From assembly GCF_001194135.2 (NCBI RefSeq), contig NC_068994.1, positions 7,558,875 through 7,592,318 of the forward strand: a DNA stretch of 33,444 nt. The letters run 5' to 3'. This document shows positions 33,024 to 33,444 of the stretch, piece after piece (the stretch's first letter is position 1; every line of letters starts with the position of its first letter). The position numbers and the translations under genes were made by a program. This stretch comes from Octopus bimaculoides (lineage: Eukaryota). A model generated the notes under the pieces. The model was not told the origin of the DNA. It ran no database searches and saw only the letters and a list, made by a program, of their open reading frames with translations.

Positions 33024-33222
33024 TAACCCTTAAGCATTTACATTATTCTATCAAATGTAATATTTATTTATTCACATTGCTTTCAATTAGTCATGCATAA
33101 TCTCGTAACTTTGAAATTTCAATGACATGATTGTTTATTTCTAGAATAGCACTGCAAGGTAAGTGTGAGAGGCCAGATCTGGCCAGTCTGAACATAAAAC
33201 TGGCAGAATATTTTGGCTGGAC
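33024..33222 (+). mobile_element. piggyBac-like MITE, 3'-truncated second copy
   Basis: Starts TTAACCCTTAAGCAT; inverse homology to 30133-30591. Confidence 0.6.
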
Positions 33223-33249
33223 ATCATCATCATTTAACGTCTGCTTGCT

Positions 33250-33444
33250 TATATATATATTTTTTTTTAAATTTATTTATTTATTTATATATATATTTAT
33301 TTATTTATATATATATTTATATATATATATATATATTTATTTATATATATATTTATTTATATATATATTTATTTATATATATATTTATTTATATATATAT
33401 TTATTTATATATATATTTATTTATATATATATTTATTTATATAT
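33250..33444. repeat. AT-only compound microsatellite (TA/TTTA)
   Basis: Directly visible. Confidence 0.9.

Overview
Gap-rich (about 4.3 kb of N in 12 gaps), AT-rich animal genomic scaffold. The repeat families (CORE-type tRNA-derived SINEs, RTE and Dong/R4 LINE remnants) point to an octopus (coleoid cephalopod); this is an inference from recognised repeats, not a database result. Two spliced genes lie in tandem on the + strand and are largely missed by the ORF track. The first is a complete Yippee-like gene (YPEL, 4 coding exons, 2964-9487, 115 aa). The second is a complete MFSD13A/TMEM180 MFS-type membrane protein gene (6 coding exons, 25110-32382, 558 aa). The rest is introns and intergenic DNA with SINEs, LINE fragments, Tc1/mariner, pogo and piggyBac-type MITEs, and micro/minisatellites. 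Top leads: (1) a core-intact minimal type I hammerhead ribozyme (22447-22494) inside a 413-bp fold-back, plus two degenerate hammerheads sharing the palindromic stem III typical of Penelope-like elements; (2) a 24-nt AG/GT-flanked, frame-preserving candidate microexon in MFSD13A intron 3 that re-encodes the HQPVSAL peptide of exon 5 with only synonymous differences; (3) a long Ser/Asn/Tyr-rich loop insertion in MFSD13A. No prokaryotic features, CRISPR arrays, rRNA or bona fide tRNA genes were seen.
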